From NCBI RefSeq assembly GCF_009914755.1, contig NC_060925.1: a stretch of 64,000 nt of DNA. One strand, written 5' to 3'. Position 1 is the first letter of the stretch. The number at the start of each line of letters is the position of its first letter. Made by a program: the position numbers and the translations under genes. Below the pieces are notes generated by a model that was not told where the DNA came from, made no database searches, and saw only the letters and a list, made by a program, of their open reading frames with translations. Source of the stretch: the human T2T-CHM13v2.0 reference genome, Homo sapiens. This document shows positions 44,419-55,913 of the stretch, one piece after another.

Positions 44419-44612
44419 TATATATAATATCCTTCTGTGAACTTATTCCAAAAAATGGCCCCTGACCCAATTGCAGGCCAAGGTATAAAGCTGCTATCTA
44501 TGTTCTAAAATAAATATAGACTAGTAACTAAGAAGGAAGATATACACTTGGATGAAAAATATAATTTTCAAACTTCAATACGTACAGTGTATATCACTTC
44601 ATCATGGAAAGG

Positions 44613-44986
44613 TTATATGGTTTGGCTGTGCATCCACCCAAATTTCAACTGGAGTTGTATATCCCAGAATTCCCACGTGTTGTCCCAGAATTCCCACGTG
44701 TTGTGGGAGGGACCTAGGGGAAGTAACTGAATCATGAGAGGCGGTCTTTCCCATGCTATTCTCATGATAATGAATAAGTATCACAACATCTGACGGGTTT
44801 ATCAGGGCCTTCTGCTTTTGCTTCTTCCTCATTTTCTCTTCCTGCCACCATGTAAGAAGTGCTTTTTGCCTCCTGCCATGATTCTGAGGCTTCACCAGCC
44901 ATGTGGAACTGTAAGTCCAATTAAACCTCTTTTTCTTCCCAGTCTCGTGTATGTCTTTACCAGCAGTATGAAAACAGACTAATACA
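44613..44986 (+). mobile_element. THE1A solo LTR
   Basis: ATATGGTTTGGCTGTG...CCCAGAATTCCCACGTGTTGTGGGAGGGAC...AAAACAGACTAATACA. Confidence 0.9.
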
Positions 44987-46929
44987 GAAAATTATGGGTT
45001 TAGAATTTTTCAGTTATGTAATAAATTATAAGAAACTAAATATATTTTCTCTTATTATAGTTCTAAATAATGAAATTTCTGGGCTTAATTCTATGTCATC
45101 CCAAGTGATCTAAAGTTTAAGGTAATTTGATGAGAAGTCACTAATACAGCTTAAAATGCTTTCCTCCCTCCCTTTCTTCCTCTTCCCTTCCTCCCCATCT
45201 CTACTCTGATTCTTTCACTCAACATTCAGGTTTTGAACGCTAATAACCTACCAAGCACTAACTAAGTAGTCTACATGTCATTTTCTATTCAACTGATCAA
45301 TGACCAAATATATTAATTTGAAAATACTTTCAAATCAAATATTATGTATCTAAATATATTCTACTGTAAGAAATATTCTATTTATTAAATTAGAAAAACT
45401 TTATGATCTGTTTATTAGATACCCTTATATAACAGGATAAATGTTATTAGAGAAAATACATAAAATATCTTCTGATTATAGCTCTTATATTCACAATATC
45501 TCTTAAATTCATTAATACCTCTAAATTTAACTTAGTTGCATGAAAAGAAAGGGGTTTCTGAAGACAATGGAACACATATTTTCCATGGCCCTTTAAGTTA
45601 TCTAAAACCTTTACATATTTTATGGCAGTAGCCACAGCTTTAAACATACGCTAATACACACACAAACTCTATCAACAGCATGAGCATGAGCACTGGACCT
45701 ATGTCCAAATGACTTAGAAAAATTCAGTAAAGAACAACTTTGTTCTGGACTGAAAAGGGTTATAAGCATCTTCCCTAAATTGAGTAAATTACCAGCTATT
45801 TGGAAAGTACAATATATTGGCTTTTATTCAAAAGAGCAACATTTAATTCTGGCAACACTGCCAAATTCCTCCTTTCCTCTATTCTCCTTTTCTTAGAGAA
45901 AGTGATTAAGAGACCAATTCCCATGCCAGCTGAATGCTTATAAGAGCATCAAAGGTCCTCTGTCAGAATTCAGAACCTGATATGGCTTAGAAACCACTAC
46001 ACCAATAGATAACATCCTCAACATTATAAATCAAAGCCATATGACCACATTAAAATTCTATCAGCTAGTATCAATACACTGTGGTTTATAAAGTACTGCT
46101 GACCTACCTCTAGGAGATGGTTAAAATGATACAAAAGTTATGCTCTGGTTTGGGGCATGTAGCTACTTTTTACAATTGAGTTATTCATCCATATTAACAG
46201 CAAATTCTTTCTACCTCTATATCCTTATTGATTTTGTTTAATTAAAGCTTTAGGAGAAAGGAAGAGAAGGCTCCATAAGTCGAGGTAGAAACAGAAATAA
46301 ATGTTAGGAGGTCACAATAGACATTTTGCTATTTTGAACTGTTCCTGTTATCTGTTGATTATAATTGTCAAGGGCAAAAGCCTTCCCATATAATTTAAAA
46401 TCTGGGATCTTCTTAAAATTATAACCACATTTCAAAATCTTACAACAACTAGGTCATTGCACTTCAAACTTTTCTGCTTAAACCGACAGTAAGAATACCC
46501 TTGAAATCTTAACATAGCACATACACACACACACGCAAGTACACACAAAATAGAAGTTAATCAAAGAATACTTTACCTTTATTATGTAAAATGCCTTATA
46601 TTTTAGTACATTTTATTTAATAATACCTTTAGCAAAAAGTACATTTTCTTCAAAGTAGACTGTGTCCTGTAATTTAAATAATTTAAATAATATTTCCAAT
46701 GTATATCTCTTAAACCACTAAGACTGCAGGAATTATTTAAGGCAGGGACTGTTGATATATGGATTTAAAAAAAAAAACACTTAAATACATTCATTTCTTC
46801 ACTTACCCTTCCATTGATTCATTAATTCAAAAATTAGTAGATATTGGCCTGATACATGAAAGCTTCTGTGCTAAGGCCCTAGGGATAGCTGAATGAGCAT
46901 TTTACCACTACAAACCCACGTGTTGTTCT

Positions 46930-48080
46930 TTTTTTTTTTTTTTTAGTTTCCAGAATTTGGCTTTATTTTGCAGTATAGAAATCATTTGGAGCCATTTTGA
47001 GACAGAAGTAGAGGCTCTGTCAAGTCAATACTGCATTGCAGCTTGGTCCACTGAAGAAGCCATGCCTGAGATACAAAAGATGTGCTACACTTTACCCGCT
47101 TTATGTTCGATTCCTCTCCCCTTTTCTCTCATCAACTTTATTAGGTTAAAACACCTCATACAGGCTTTCTCCAAATGACTCCCTATTGTCTGGAGTTTGG
47201 TTAGAATTTTATGCCCACATAAACCAAACTTGTGGCTAGGCTATTTGGGCCCTGCCATAACATTTGACATAACACAAAATATAAAGTCATAGGGAAAACT
47301 TCTGGATGCCATCCCAAACCGTGGACTATTCAATTTAGAATCTCCTGAACCTCAAGAGGACAGATGGCACACAACTGTATGGATCCAGCTCTTGAGCAGC
47401 AGAAGCACATAGCTACACTGATTAAAAGATAAACTGTCTCAAGTTGTCTGTATCGGTATCCCAATGTTTGTTTAAAACTGATCCAATTAAACTTTACAGT
47501 GAGTCTTTGGCAAGATATGGCGAAAGCCCATACCTTTAACCACTCTATGGCCTTGGAGAACTGCCCCAAGGATTTGCAAGGCTAAGTGCTATTTATGGAG
47601 GTACCTATATGCTGAAAAAACCCATTGAAGAAATCATTGTGCAGAATGGAAAAGTAATTGGAGTAAAATCGGAAGGAGAAATTGCTTGCTGTAAGCAGTT
47701 CATCTGTGACCCCAGCTGTGTAAAAGATCGGGTAGAAAAAGTGGGCCAGGTGATCAGAGTTATTTGCATCCTCAGCCACCCCATCAAGAACACCAATGAT
47801 GCCAACTCCTGCCAGATCATTATTCCACAGAACCAAGTCAATCGAAAGTCAGATATCTACGTCTGCATGATCTCCTTTGCGCACAATGTAGCAGCACAAG
47901 GGAAGTACATTGCCATAGTTAGTACGACTGTGGAAACCAAGGAGCCTGAGAAGGAAATCAGACCAGCTTTGGAGCTCTTGGAACGAACTGAGCAGAAATT
48001 TGTTAGCACCAGTGACCTCCTGATACCGAAAGACTTGGGAACAGAAAGCCAGATCTTTATTTCCCGCACGTACGATGCCA
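46930..48080 (-). pseudogene. GDI2P2: GDI2 processed pseudogene (probably GDI2P2), whole twin-primed insertion: polyA and probable 3'UTR on minus, inverted CDS fragment on plus
   Basis: T16 at 46929-46944. TTTATT (AATAAA on minus) at 46962-46967. TSD ACCCACGTGTTGTTCT (46914-46929) vs ACCCATGTGTTTTTCT (48080-48095). The symbol is from recall of a GDI2 pseudogene in NEGR1 intron 1. Confidence 0.85.
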
Positions 48081-48082
48081 CC
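47486..48082 (+). pseudogene. GDI2P2: Intronless GDI2 (Rab GDI-beta) CDS fragment with premature stop
   Basis: Translates [64 protein letters not shown]...FISRTYDAT, matching the C-terminal half of GDI2. TAA at 47537-47539, no introns, truncated at both ends. Confidence 0.95.
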
Positions 48083-48754
48083 CATGTGTTTTTCTAATTG
48101 AAATTAAAATGACAAAGAAAAACAGAAAATACATCTTCACAAAATATCAAAAAATTTCTATTATTTATTCATAATGATCTTAAAAGTTATACCACATTTT
48201 TTTCTGTAATAGATACAGCAGAGTAATTAAAACTCAATTTGATAATGATTATGACTGTAGAAAAATCTGAGATTTTAGTCTCTAGTCATACGGTAATTTT
48301 TGTTTCTACTGGTTAATCTGAAACACATAAAATACCTGACAAAATAAAATGTGGACCAATTTAACATTTCCTTTAGAAAAGCAAAAAGACAGGTAATAGG
48401 ATACTCCTAGGGAAAAAAAACAATAAATTTTATTTTTTTATATGCACAGAAAGTGCCAATGACAATCTTTAATCTATCAGCAAGCTTCCAGAGAAATGTA
48501 ATGAATGATATCAAGAAATTTAACTTCCTTCCAAATTCAGAAATCCTCTCTAGAGCATCCCTGAGAGAGTCATTTAACGACAGTCTTAAATTATCATTTC
48601 TCCTGAATAATTACAGAAAAATGTACCAATAGGAGGACTCAATGACAATCGCTTATTTATATATGAGCCAGACACAAACATAAGTGTCTTTTAGAAATTG
48701 TTTTACAGAAGTAAACGAGAAGGTCACCACATCATCTGATATACAGTTAAGAGG

Positions 48755-49052
48755 GAGAGGTGGCTTTTATCTATAACTCTGGCTACTTGAGAGCTTGAGG
48801 CATAAGGATGGCTTGAGGCCAGGAGTTTGAGACCAGTCTGGGCAACACAGTAAGACACCATCTCTAAAAATAAAAATAAATTAGCCAGGTATGTTAGCAC
48901 ACACCTGTAGTCCCAGCTACTCAGAGGGCTAAGGCAAGAGGATCACTTGAGCCCAAGGATCTAGAGGCTGCACTGAGCTATGATTGTGCCACTTCGCTCC
49001 AGCTTGGGGGACAGAGTGAGACTCCATCTCAGAAAAAGAAAAGAAAAGAAAA
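48755..49052 (+). mobile_element. AluJ
   Basis: Diverged Alu with GCTTGAGGCCAGGAGTTTGAGACCAG and GCTATGATTGTGCCAC; (GAAAA)n tail. Confidence 0.82.
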
Positions 49053-49699
49053 GTGTAAGTCATGTGATGTCTATACTGTCCTAATTTCTGCAATTTTGAA
49101 ACAAGATATGGTAGAAAAATGATCTGATTTTTAATCAAAAGATTCCACTGGTTTGAGAGACTAATTCCTACAACAGTCAAATGGTTCAATTAGGGATATT
49201 GTTATGGTCACATACTTCATAAAAACTAGAAACTTTCATTATCACCTCAGATGTTACTCTATATAAAGAAAGATCTTTAATTTTTATTAAATTCAATAGG
49301 CAACACTGTATGAATTGTCTTAGCATTCTGATCACACATCTACAAGCAGGGTTTAATCATAGTTATTTTTGGCTCAGTCAAAAATATAACACTGTTATTG
49401 AATCTCATCAATAAATGTTCATCAATTTATTTTCCACACATAAGAACGTTATATATTTTCCTACTGAAATTATTAAATGATATATTAATTCAATATTCCA
49501 TTTATTCATTTGGTTTATTAACATAATCTGTGTATGGATTATAAAGCCTCTTCTTTTTTCTTTGTAATATGCCTCAATATTCTTATGGTTTAACTTCTAT
49601 GCGTGTTTCCTTAAAAAACTATTACATCCAGTGCTGGCGAGCAACACTTATGGTGCCACTGGCAAAGCAGTCACTCAATCAAATATAATTAAATCACAA

Positions 49700-50240
49700 A
49701 AACTACCACTTTTCACTATGCATCTATCAAGGTTCTACAAACAACACTTAAACCGTTTTGGATATTTAAAATGGGAGAATTTAATGCAGGAAATGTATTT
49801 TAAAGGAGATGGAATACCTGGGAAGCCAAATAGAAGGTGGTAAGATAACCCAGTGGTTAGTAACATCAGGAAGCCACTACTACTCCTAGGTTGAAGGAAT
49901 AAAGGGATAAAGCAGTAAAGAGAAACACAGGAGCTAGTTATCAGTTGGAAGTTGGAACAAAAAAGGTTCCAGTGGGAGATGAATACAGTGATATACACTG
50001 CCCAAAACAATGAAAGAAGGGAGAAATGCCCTAGCCCCTCAATTCATGATGTTGTCCCTTCACCAAAGACTACTTTCCATTGGCTAACGACAGCCTGAAG
50101 ATACTTGGCAAGGAAGACTGGGAAATGTAGCTTGAGGGATTAGCTCCAGCCTCCACCCGCAGACCCCCCTCCACCCCCATAACACAGAATAGCAGATGGA
50201 CAAAGTATGGGTCTGGCCAATCAGGCCTAGAACTGACACA
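49700..50240. mobile_element. Old LTR-like fragment (MLT1/ERVL class, family uncertain)
   Basis: GGCAAGGAAGACTGGGAAATGTAGCTT motif typical of ancient MaLR LTRs. Confidence 0.4.
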
Positions 50241-53200
50241 GACCATGATGTGAACATTTCTGTAAATTCTTTAGAAGTCAGGTATTGCAGTATTAACTTA
50301 TTCCACGGAGTGATTTAATTGCAAAGTCTATCTATTTAAAACAAGTAGTGCATTAACACGCTTGTGTTCAAAGATCTATACAACTACATGGGCTTTTGAA
50401 TTCTTCTGAACTAAAAAGATCGGGCAAAATACATTCATCTAGAAAATTAAAAACATTATACTTTTATTAATAGTTGTGTACTAATGTATCAAGTAATATA
50501 TCTTGCCAATAGAACAGTTCTGCAAATCAATATAGGTAACATTTAGCATTTATTACATATCCTAGAACATATTTTTCCAGATTGACCATTCTGATAATTC
50601 ATTATCCCTGCTCTTTTTAAAAAGAGAAAAAACTCAGGATTTTAAAACTATTTCTTCATAATACTATTTAATAAACATATAGGTTTTAAAATAGTGCCTT
50701 AATGTCCTAAATTGAAAATATCGGTAAAGTTGAACTGTGTATTTGGAAGGTATAATGCATCAATGTGTAGGAATAACTCAACAGAAAATGTGAGTCTTGA
50801 ATATTATTCCAAAAGTACACCATAATTGATTTTTACTGCTATTGGTAATTCTGTATTCTCATACAGAAATCATTTATTTTATTGTAACTAACAGCATGCA
50901 TTTCAAATCATAACTAGTTAATGTAGTCTAATAAAAAGGCAAATGTTGTGAACAAATAGGATAAGCAATAATAAATACTTGTCATATTCATTCATAAATT
51001 TACTTGTAAAAGTTTTGCAGTTTCCAATAGTGTAGAAATACGCCCTAAGCAAAAGGCTTCTTCCGTATTAGAGTATCATAGTAGGATATCACATAACTTC
51101 CATTCAAATCTATTGCATTAAAATGACAAGAGTTGTGTTTAACTCTGCTAAAGTAAAAGAAGATATCACAATTAAGGAAAGAATCTTTCTTCCTTTCTTC
51201 GATTAAAGCATGACAAGCAGATAATAGCATATTTTGAATTCATATCAGAAAGGCGGCTAAAAAAGTACAAACTTCATAGAGAAGGGCTGAATAAGAAACA
51301 GATTGAAAAAATTAGCTTAAAAATAACCGTGTTTTAAAAATGTGCAGGCACTGGGAGAATGTAAATGAGAATGTTCGTAGTATTGTTTCCAAGGAGTATT
51401 AAACATTTTTGATATGTTTACATAACAGTATTTGTTAATAAGGTAAGAATAAAGCAACTGGTTCATATTAAAGTGACTGCAAAATGATTTTTTTAAGTCT
51501 CCTGAAATTTATGTATTGTTCTAGAGCAGAGTTATATTCCCCTGAATTCTCCAGTTCTAGAAACACTGGGTACTGAAGCATAACCAATGTGGTTCTAGCA
51601 CTTCCTGTTCTCTACTAGATCAGCCCATGACACATTAACTCAGATCTTCCATGTTCACAAAATGCAACTCAAAACATGGAAAAAAAGTAAATGTCTCCAT
51701 ACAAGATTAACAAGTTCTGTTAAGAATAAAATACTGTATATATTAAATGTAGTAGCAATTAAAGTCTATATTTAATAAGTTAATGGCAACAGTTTGTGTT
51801 TATAGCAAATTACAATGTATTTTAGACATCATATATTTTTTAAATACAAAGCTTAAGAAAGGGAAATATCAAACATTACTATATTGAATATCTGTATCAT
51901 TAAATACTTTATCAAGAAGGTCCAAATAATTCAAGTGAATCATTCAGAAATTTAGCACAGAATAACATTATTAAAAGTAAGAAACATCTTTACACTTCAT
52001 ATATATGGCTTCACTAACCCTAAAAGACAAAGTTAAAATGATAAAAATATTAAAATTATTAAGTGGAATGTCATCATAAATCCTGTATTTAAGCTAAACA
52101 GAAAAGATGATTTACAAAATGATAGATACAGTTAGATAACAGAATGAATTTCCCTTGGGTATTATAACTCCACTTAAGGAAAGTTTTGTTTTTCATGATC
52201 CTCTTCTCAAAAACAGATATTCTGGCACTTAGGAGACAGAAATGTATCATTTGACCTTTAAACTTCTGTTTTATTAGTGTAACCACAAGCAACAGAGTCA
52301 CTGACTGGCATGTTTGCACTTTATGGCCTTTAGCACTTAAAATTATTTGATAACTGTTATGCCACTATTTGTTTTTTATTAAAGACACTGTGAGGAATAT
52401 GTTACATTAAAAATAGAATATATTGGGCTAAGCTTGATGAATGATATGTAATTTGGTTAAGTGTTCTCTTGAGCACTTCATTCATGTATTTTGATGGGAC
52501 AAGGGCATATGTTTGAAGGGTAGAATTTTGTTTTGTTTTCTAGTGAGTTAGAGAATAACAACAGATATGGTTTTAAGTATACAAAGAAAAAACAAAATAT
52601 AACTGTAACATTACTCTTGATTAAAAAACGATGCATCACCTGAGTTGCCTATACTCAATTAGTCCTTAAGCTCTATCTGTAATGGTCTATGATCAGAGGA
52701 AATTACCAGCTGTAGAGAAGAGTCAAGAAAAAAATAACTGACAATATTTAACATTTTCTAATGGAGAGAGAATTTCTTATAAATGGATACGTTAAATTAG
52801 TTTAAAACCTACAGACAATGTAAGAAGTTCAACAACTGGATAATTCTTAGAGAATTTCAGAATTACTGTAAGCAAATTGCTTTGAGTAAAAGTAATGCAG
52901 TTCAAATTTCTATTTCATATGATAAAAAAATTTAAAAACTAAAATCTAATTTGTTAGAAACATTATTGAGAAGACACAGAGACTCTGTTCTCTTTAAGAA
53001 GTTTGAAAGTCAAGTTCCCTCAGTATCACAAAATGCGGGATATAGCATCAAAATGGATGAGGTACAGAGCACACAAAGTAAACAAGGACTGCACCAAACC
53101 AACAACACTGGAAATATATGGTCCCCACATATTAGGGAAGCTCCACTGTTGGAAGCAATGAGTGAACTAAACATGGGTCTCCTGGAAGCAGAATGTGGGT

Positions 53201-54059
53201 CCAGCTATCTTCACTAACCATAGTATTTATTAAATTGTTGTTTGTTTGGGAAACCAAATGCCAGGATACATTATTGAAAGAAAAGCAGTCTCCTAAACCC
53301 TTTAGGGTGGAAATGGTAATGCTCACTACAAATAAGCAATATGTTGCTTGCTACAAAAATACATATTGCAGCTCCCATGATATGTGTTTGCAATCTCTGA
53401 AGATAGTGTCTTGCCCTTACCACTGTTGTTCAAACTTCTAAAACAAACTTAACATAAAGAGAAAATACAGGCTTAATTTATATCCTCTCTGTGACAAAGA
53501 ATTTATCACTGTTACCAACAATGAAAAGTTTTTTTTTACTGTGTAATATCAAAGATATTAGTTACTTTTGTATATAGTGGCATTTGTTATTCAAAACAGA
53601 AATTATTAAAAACATATGTATTAGTGTATATTAAAAAATACGATAGTATTCCAAATTTGAACTCATAGGCATGTTCCAAAAGGTGTAAGTCATATACCAC
53701 ACCCACATCATTAAATTTAAATATGTTGCATGTTTCAAACAGAAACATTTCCCACTCTCTTTCACCTTAGACATGTCATGTACACTGATGTTGTGCAAGC
53801 CAGACTTACAAGCCAACTACCACCCAGTGGAGAAAAAGAAGATCTTTCAGGGAAATGTGAGGTGGGGTGGCAGGGGGAGAAGGGAGGGTGATGGGAAAGA
53901 AATGAAGGAATAGGGCGTTTAGCTTTGTTTAGATCTAAGCTTTGCTGATCATCCATTTATATTTTCATAGGAAATAAAATATTCCCAGACTCCCACTCTG
54001 CAGTGTTGCTTAGGGGTAAAATCAGGGTATGGATGTTTATTAATGACAAACCACCTCAG

Positions 54060-54850
54060 AGCTCAAGCTCAGAGGAAAGAAGGGAAAATGAGAAAAATAA
54101 GTAAAAGTGAAGACTGATGGAGGGAGGAAGGTAGGAATAAAAAGGGGATAGAAAGACACAGAAAGAGAAAAAGAGAGAAGCAGAGACAGAGTGAGAGCAG
54201 CGAGTGAGACAGGCAGTGTGTACACATGTGTGAGTGACAATGTGGAACAGAGAAGGAGAGTATGCCTTTTAAAAACAGTGAGAGACAATCTGAATGTGGA
54301 AGTGGTTCTTACAGCATGGAAGTGCCAGTGCATGTGAGGATGTGAGAGTATGTGAGTTAGTATGTTTATGGAAATAAGATTTATGAGGGTGAGTAAATGG
54401 TACTGGAGGGGAACAGTGACCATGCCTGTGTGTGCCACAGGGGTGGGAAACGGTATGGGGAGAGGGATGAGAAATGGGAGTCAAAAGAGGGAAGACAGGG
54501 CACAGGATAGGGACATTAAGGAGGAATAAAAAAAATAGACAAAAAGAAAAAAGGGTAAAAGAGAGGAGGAAAGGGGATTAAATGTGAGGAACAGAAATTA
54601 GAGTCGTGGAGATAAAAATGAGAAAATATGAGAAGAAATTTTAAAAAGGAGGGAAAAAACAGAAAATAGAAAAGGTATGAAAAGAGATATTGGAGGGAAA
54701 AAGAGTTACAAGGAGGTGGGGAAAATGGTATAAGAGAATGAGGAAGGAGAAAAGAAAGAAAACAGAAAGCGGTAAAAGGAAAGAAAGATAAAGAGCAAGA
54801 AATCGAGCCTAAGTGTCCAAGTGAGAGGGAAAATAAATGGGAGCAGAGAA
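54060..54850. repeat. Long GA-rich low-complexity tract
   Basis: About 800 bp dominated by A/G on + (CT-rich on the NEGR1 sense strand), strongest at 54480-54850. Confidence 0.8.
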
Positions 54851-55252
54851 CAGCAGTTTGAAAGAGTCGCTTATGCTGGAGTAAAATAGAAACAAACCTG
54901 ATAAACTTGTCAGACTCTCCAGGAGTACCCCATGACAGTAAAACAGAGACCTTGTGCATTGAGTTTCAAAGTGGCACCTGCCCCTCCTTCTAAACCTGAC
55001 AGTTCACTCATCCCCAGGCTACTTGGCGTTCCGGCAAAGTGCTTTAGCATCACGAGTCCAGCTTGCTACCTGCCCCAGCATAAACGGGCCGGGGCTCCGG
55101 GAAGAATCTGCACCTGGAATTCTTGGGATGTGGTCTTTCCATGATGAGCACCACCAGCATTATTGCTTGTGTTATAAAGAAGGCAAAGAGGGTTCAAAGA
55201 GAGACAGAAAGATAGACCGAAACAAGTACGAAAAGCACGCCGTTCTTCCTAC

Positions 55253-55428
55253 CTAAGCACCGCCGTGTCCCCTTTTCTGACCATCATGTTGTCCACGGCC
55301 GCCCAGGGGAAGTCCACACTCTGTCCAGCCGGGAGGCAGGAGGGTAGCAGGCAGCACAGGCTGAGGAGCACCGCCGCCAGCCACTGGTTCGAGCAACAAG
55401 CACCCTGCACCAACAGCATCATGTCCAT
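55253..55428 (-). CDS. NEGR1: NEGR1 coding exon 1 (signal peptide and start of Ig domain 1)
   Basis: Reverse complement reads gcagggATGGACATGATGCTGTTGGTGCAGGGTGCTTGTTGCTCGAACCAGTGG... = MDMMLLVQGACCSNQWLAAVLLSLCCLLPSCLPAGQSVDFPWAAVDNMMVRKGDTAVL(R), which I recognise as the NEGR1 N-terminus. Strong Kozak context (G-3, G+4). 176 nt, ending at donor AG|GTAGGA (GT = 55252-55251). Not in the ORF track because it is a spliced exon. Confidence 0.98.
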
Positions 55429-55525
55429 CCCTGCTAGGGCTGCTCACTCTCCAGCAGCTTTCAGCTCGCACTCCCCCACCCCCTGGTGCTGGCGAGTCTT
55501 CCCGGGAACCAGGCGGCGCGCCACA

Positions 55526-55528
<3 letters not shown>

Positions 55529-55556
<28 letters not shown>
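55529..55556. repeat. T28 mononucleotide tract 100 bp upstream of the NEGR1 ATG
   Basis: 28 consecutive T (A28 on the NEGR1 sense strand). Confidence 0.95.
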
Positions 55557-55846
55557 GGTGGGTGGGTGGGTTTCTTTTCTTTCTTTCTTCCCCCCACCCC
55601 AGTTGTTGGGTGTTGTTTCTCTCTTTTTGTTTTTCGGTGTTTTTGCCTCCCCTCCTCCTCTTCGCTTTCCCTCCCTCCCTCCCCTCCCTCCCCCTGGCAC
55701 CACACTACACCTCCTCTCGGTTGCTTTTGGCCGCGTCCGGAGTGTGTCTAATTCTCGGGCGGCTCGCACACCATCTAGCGAGGAGGCGAGCGCGCCGGCG
55801 AGTGAGGGAGGAGTCCTGCGCGGCGGCGGGGGAGGAGGCAGGGCGA

Positions 55847-55913
55847 GCGGCGGCGGCGGCGGCTGCAATCCCAGCAGCAGCAGCAGCAACAGCAACAGCA
55901 GCAGCAGAAGCAG
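55847..55913. repeat. Promoter (GCG)5 and interrupted CAG/CTG tract
   Basis: (CAG)5 CAA CAG CAA (CAG)4 AAG CAG at 55872-55913, preceded by GCGGCGGCGGCGGCGGC. Confidence 0.9.

Noticed and set aside
47609-48097. 162-aa GDI-like ORF as a functional gene
   Set aside because: Internal Met start, upstream in-frame TAA, truncated C-terminus running into the TSD, no promoter or introns: a processed pseudogene fragment.
54040-54959. 132-147-aa Phe/Ser/Leu-rich ORFs
   Set aside because: Artefacts of the polypyrimidine strand of the GA-rich tract.
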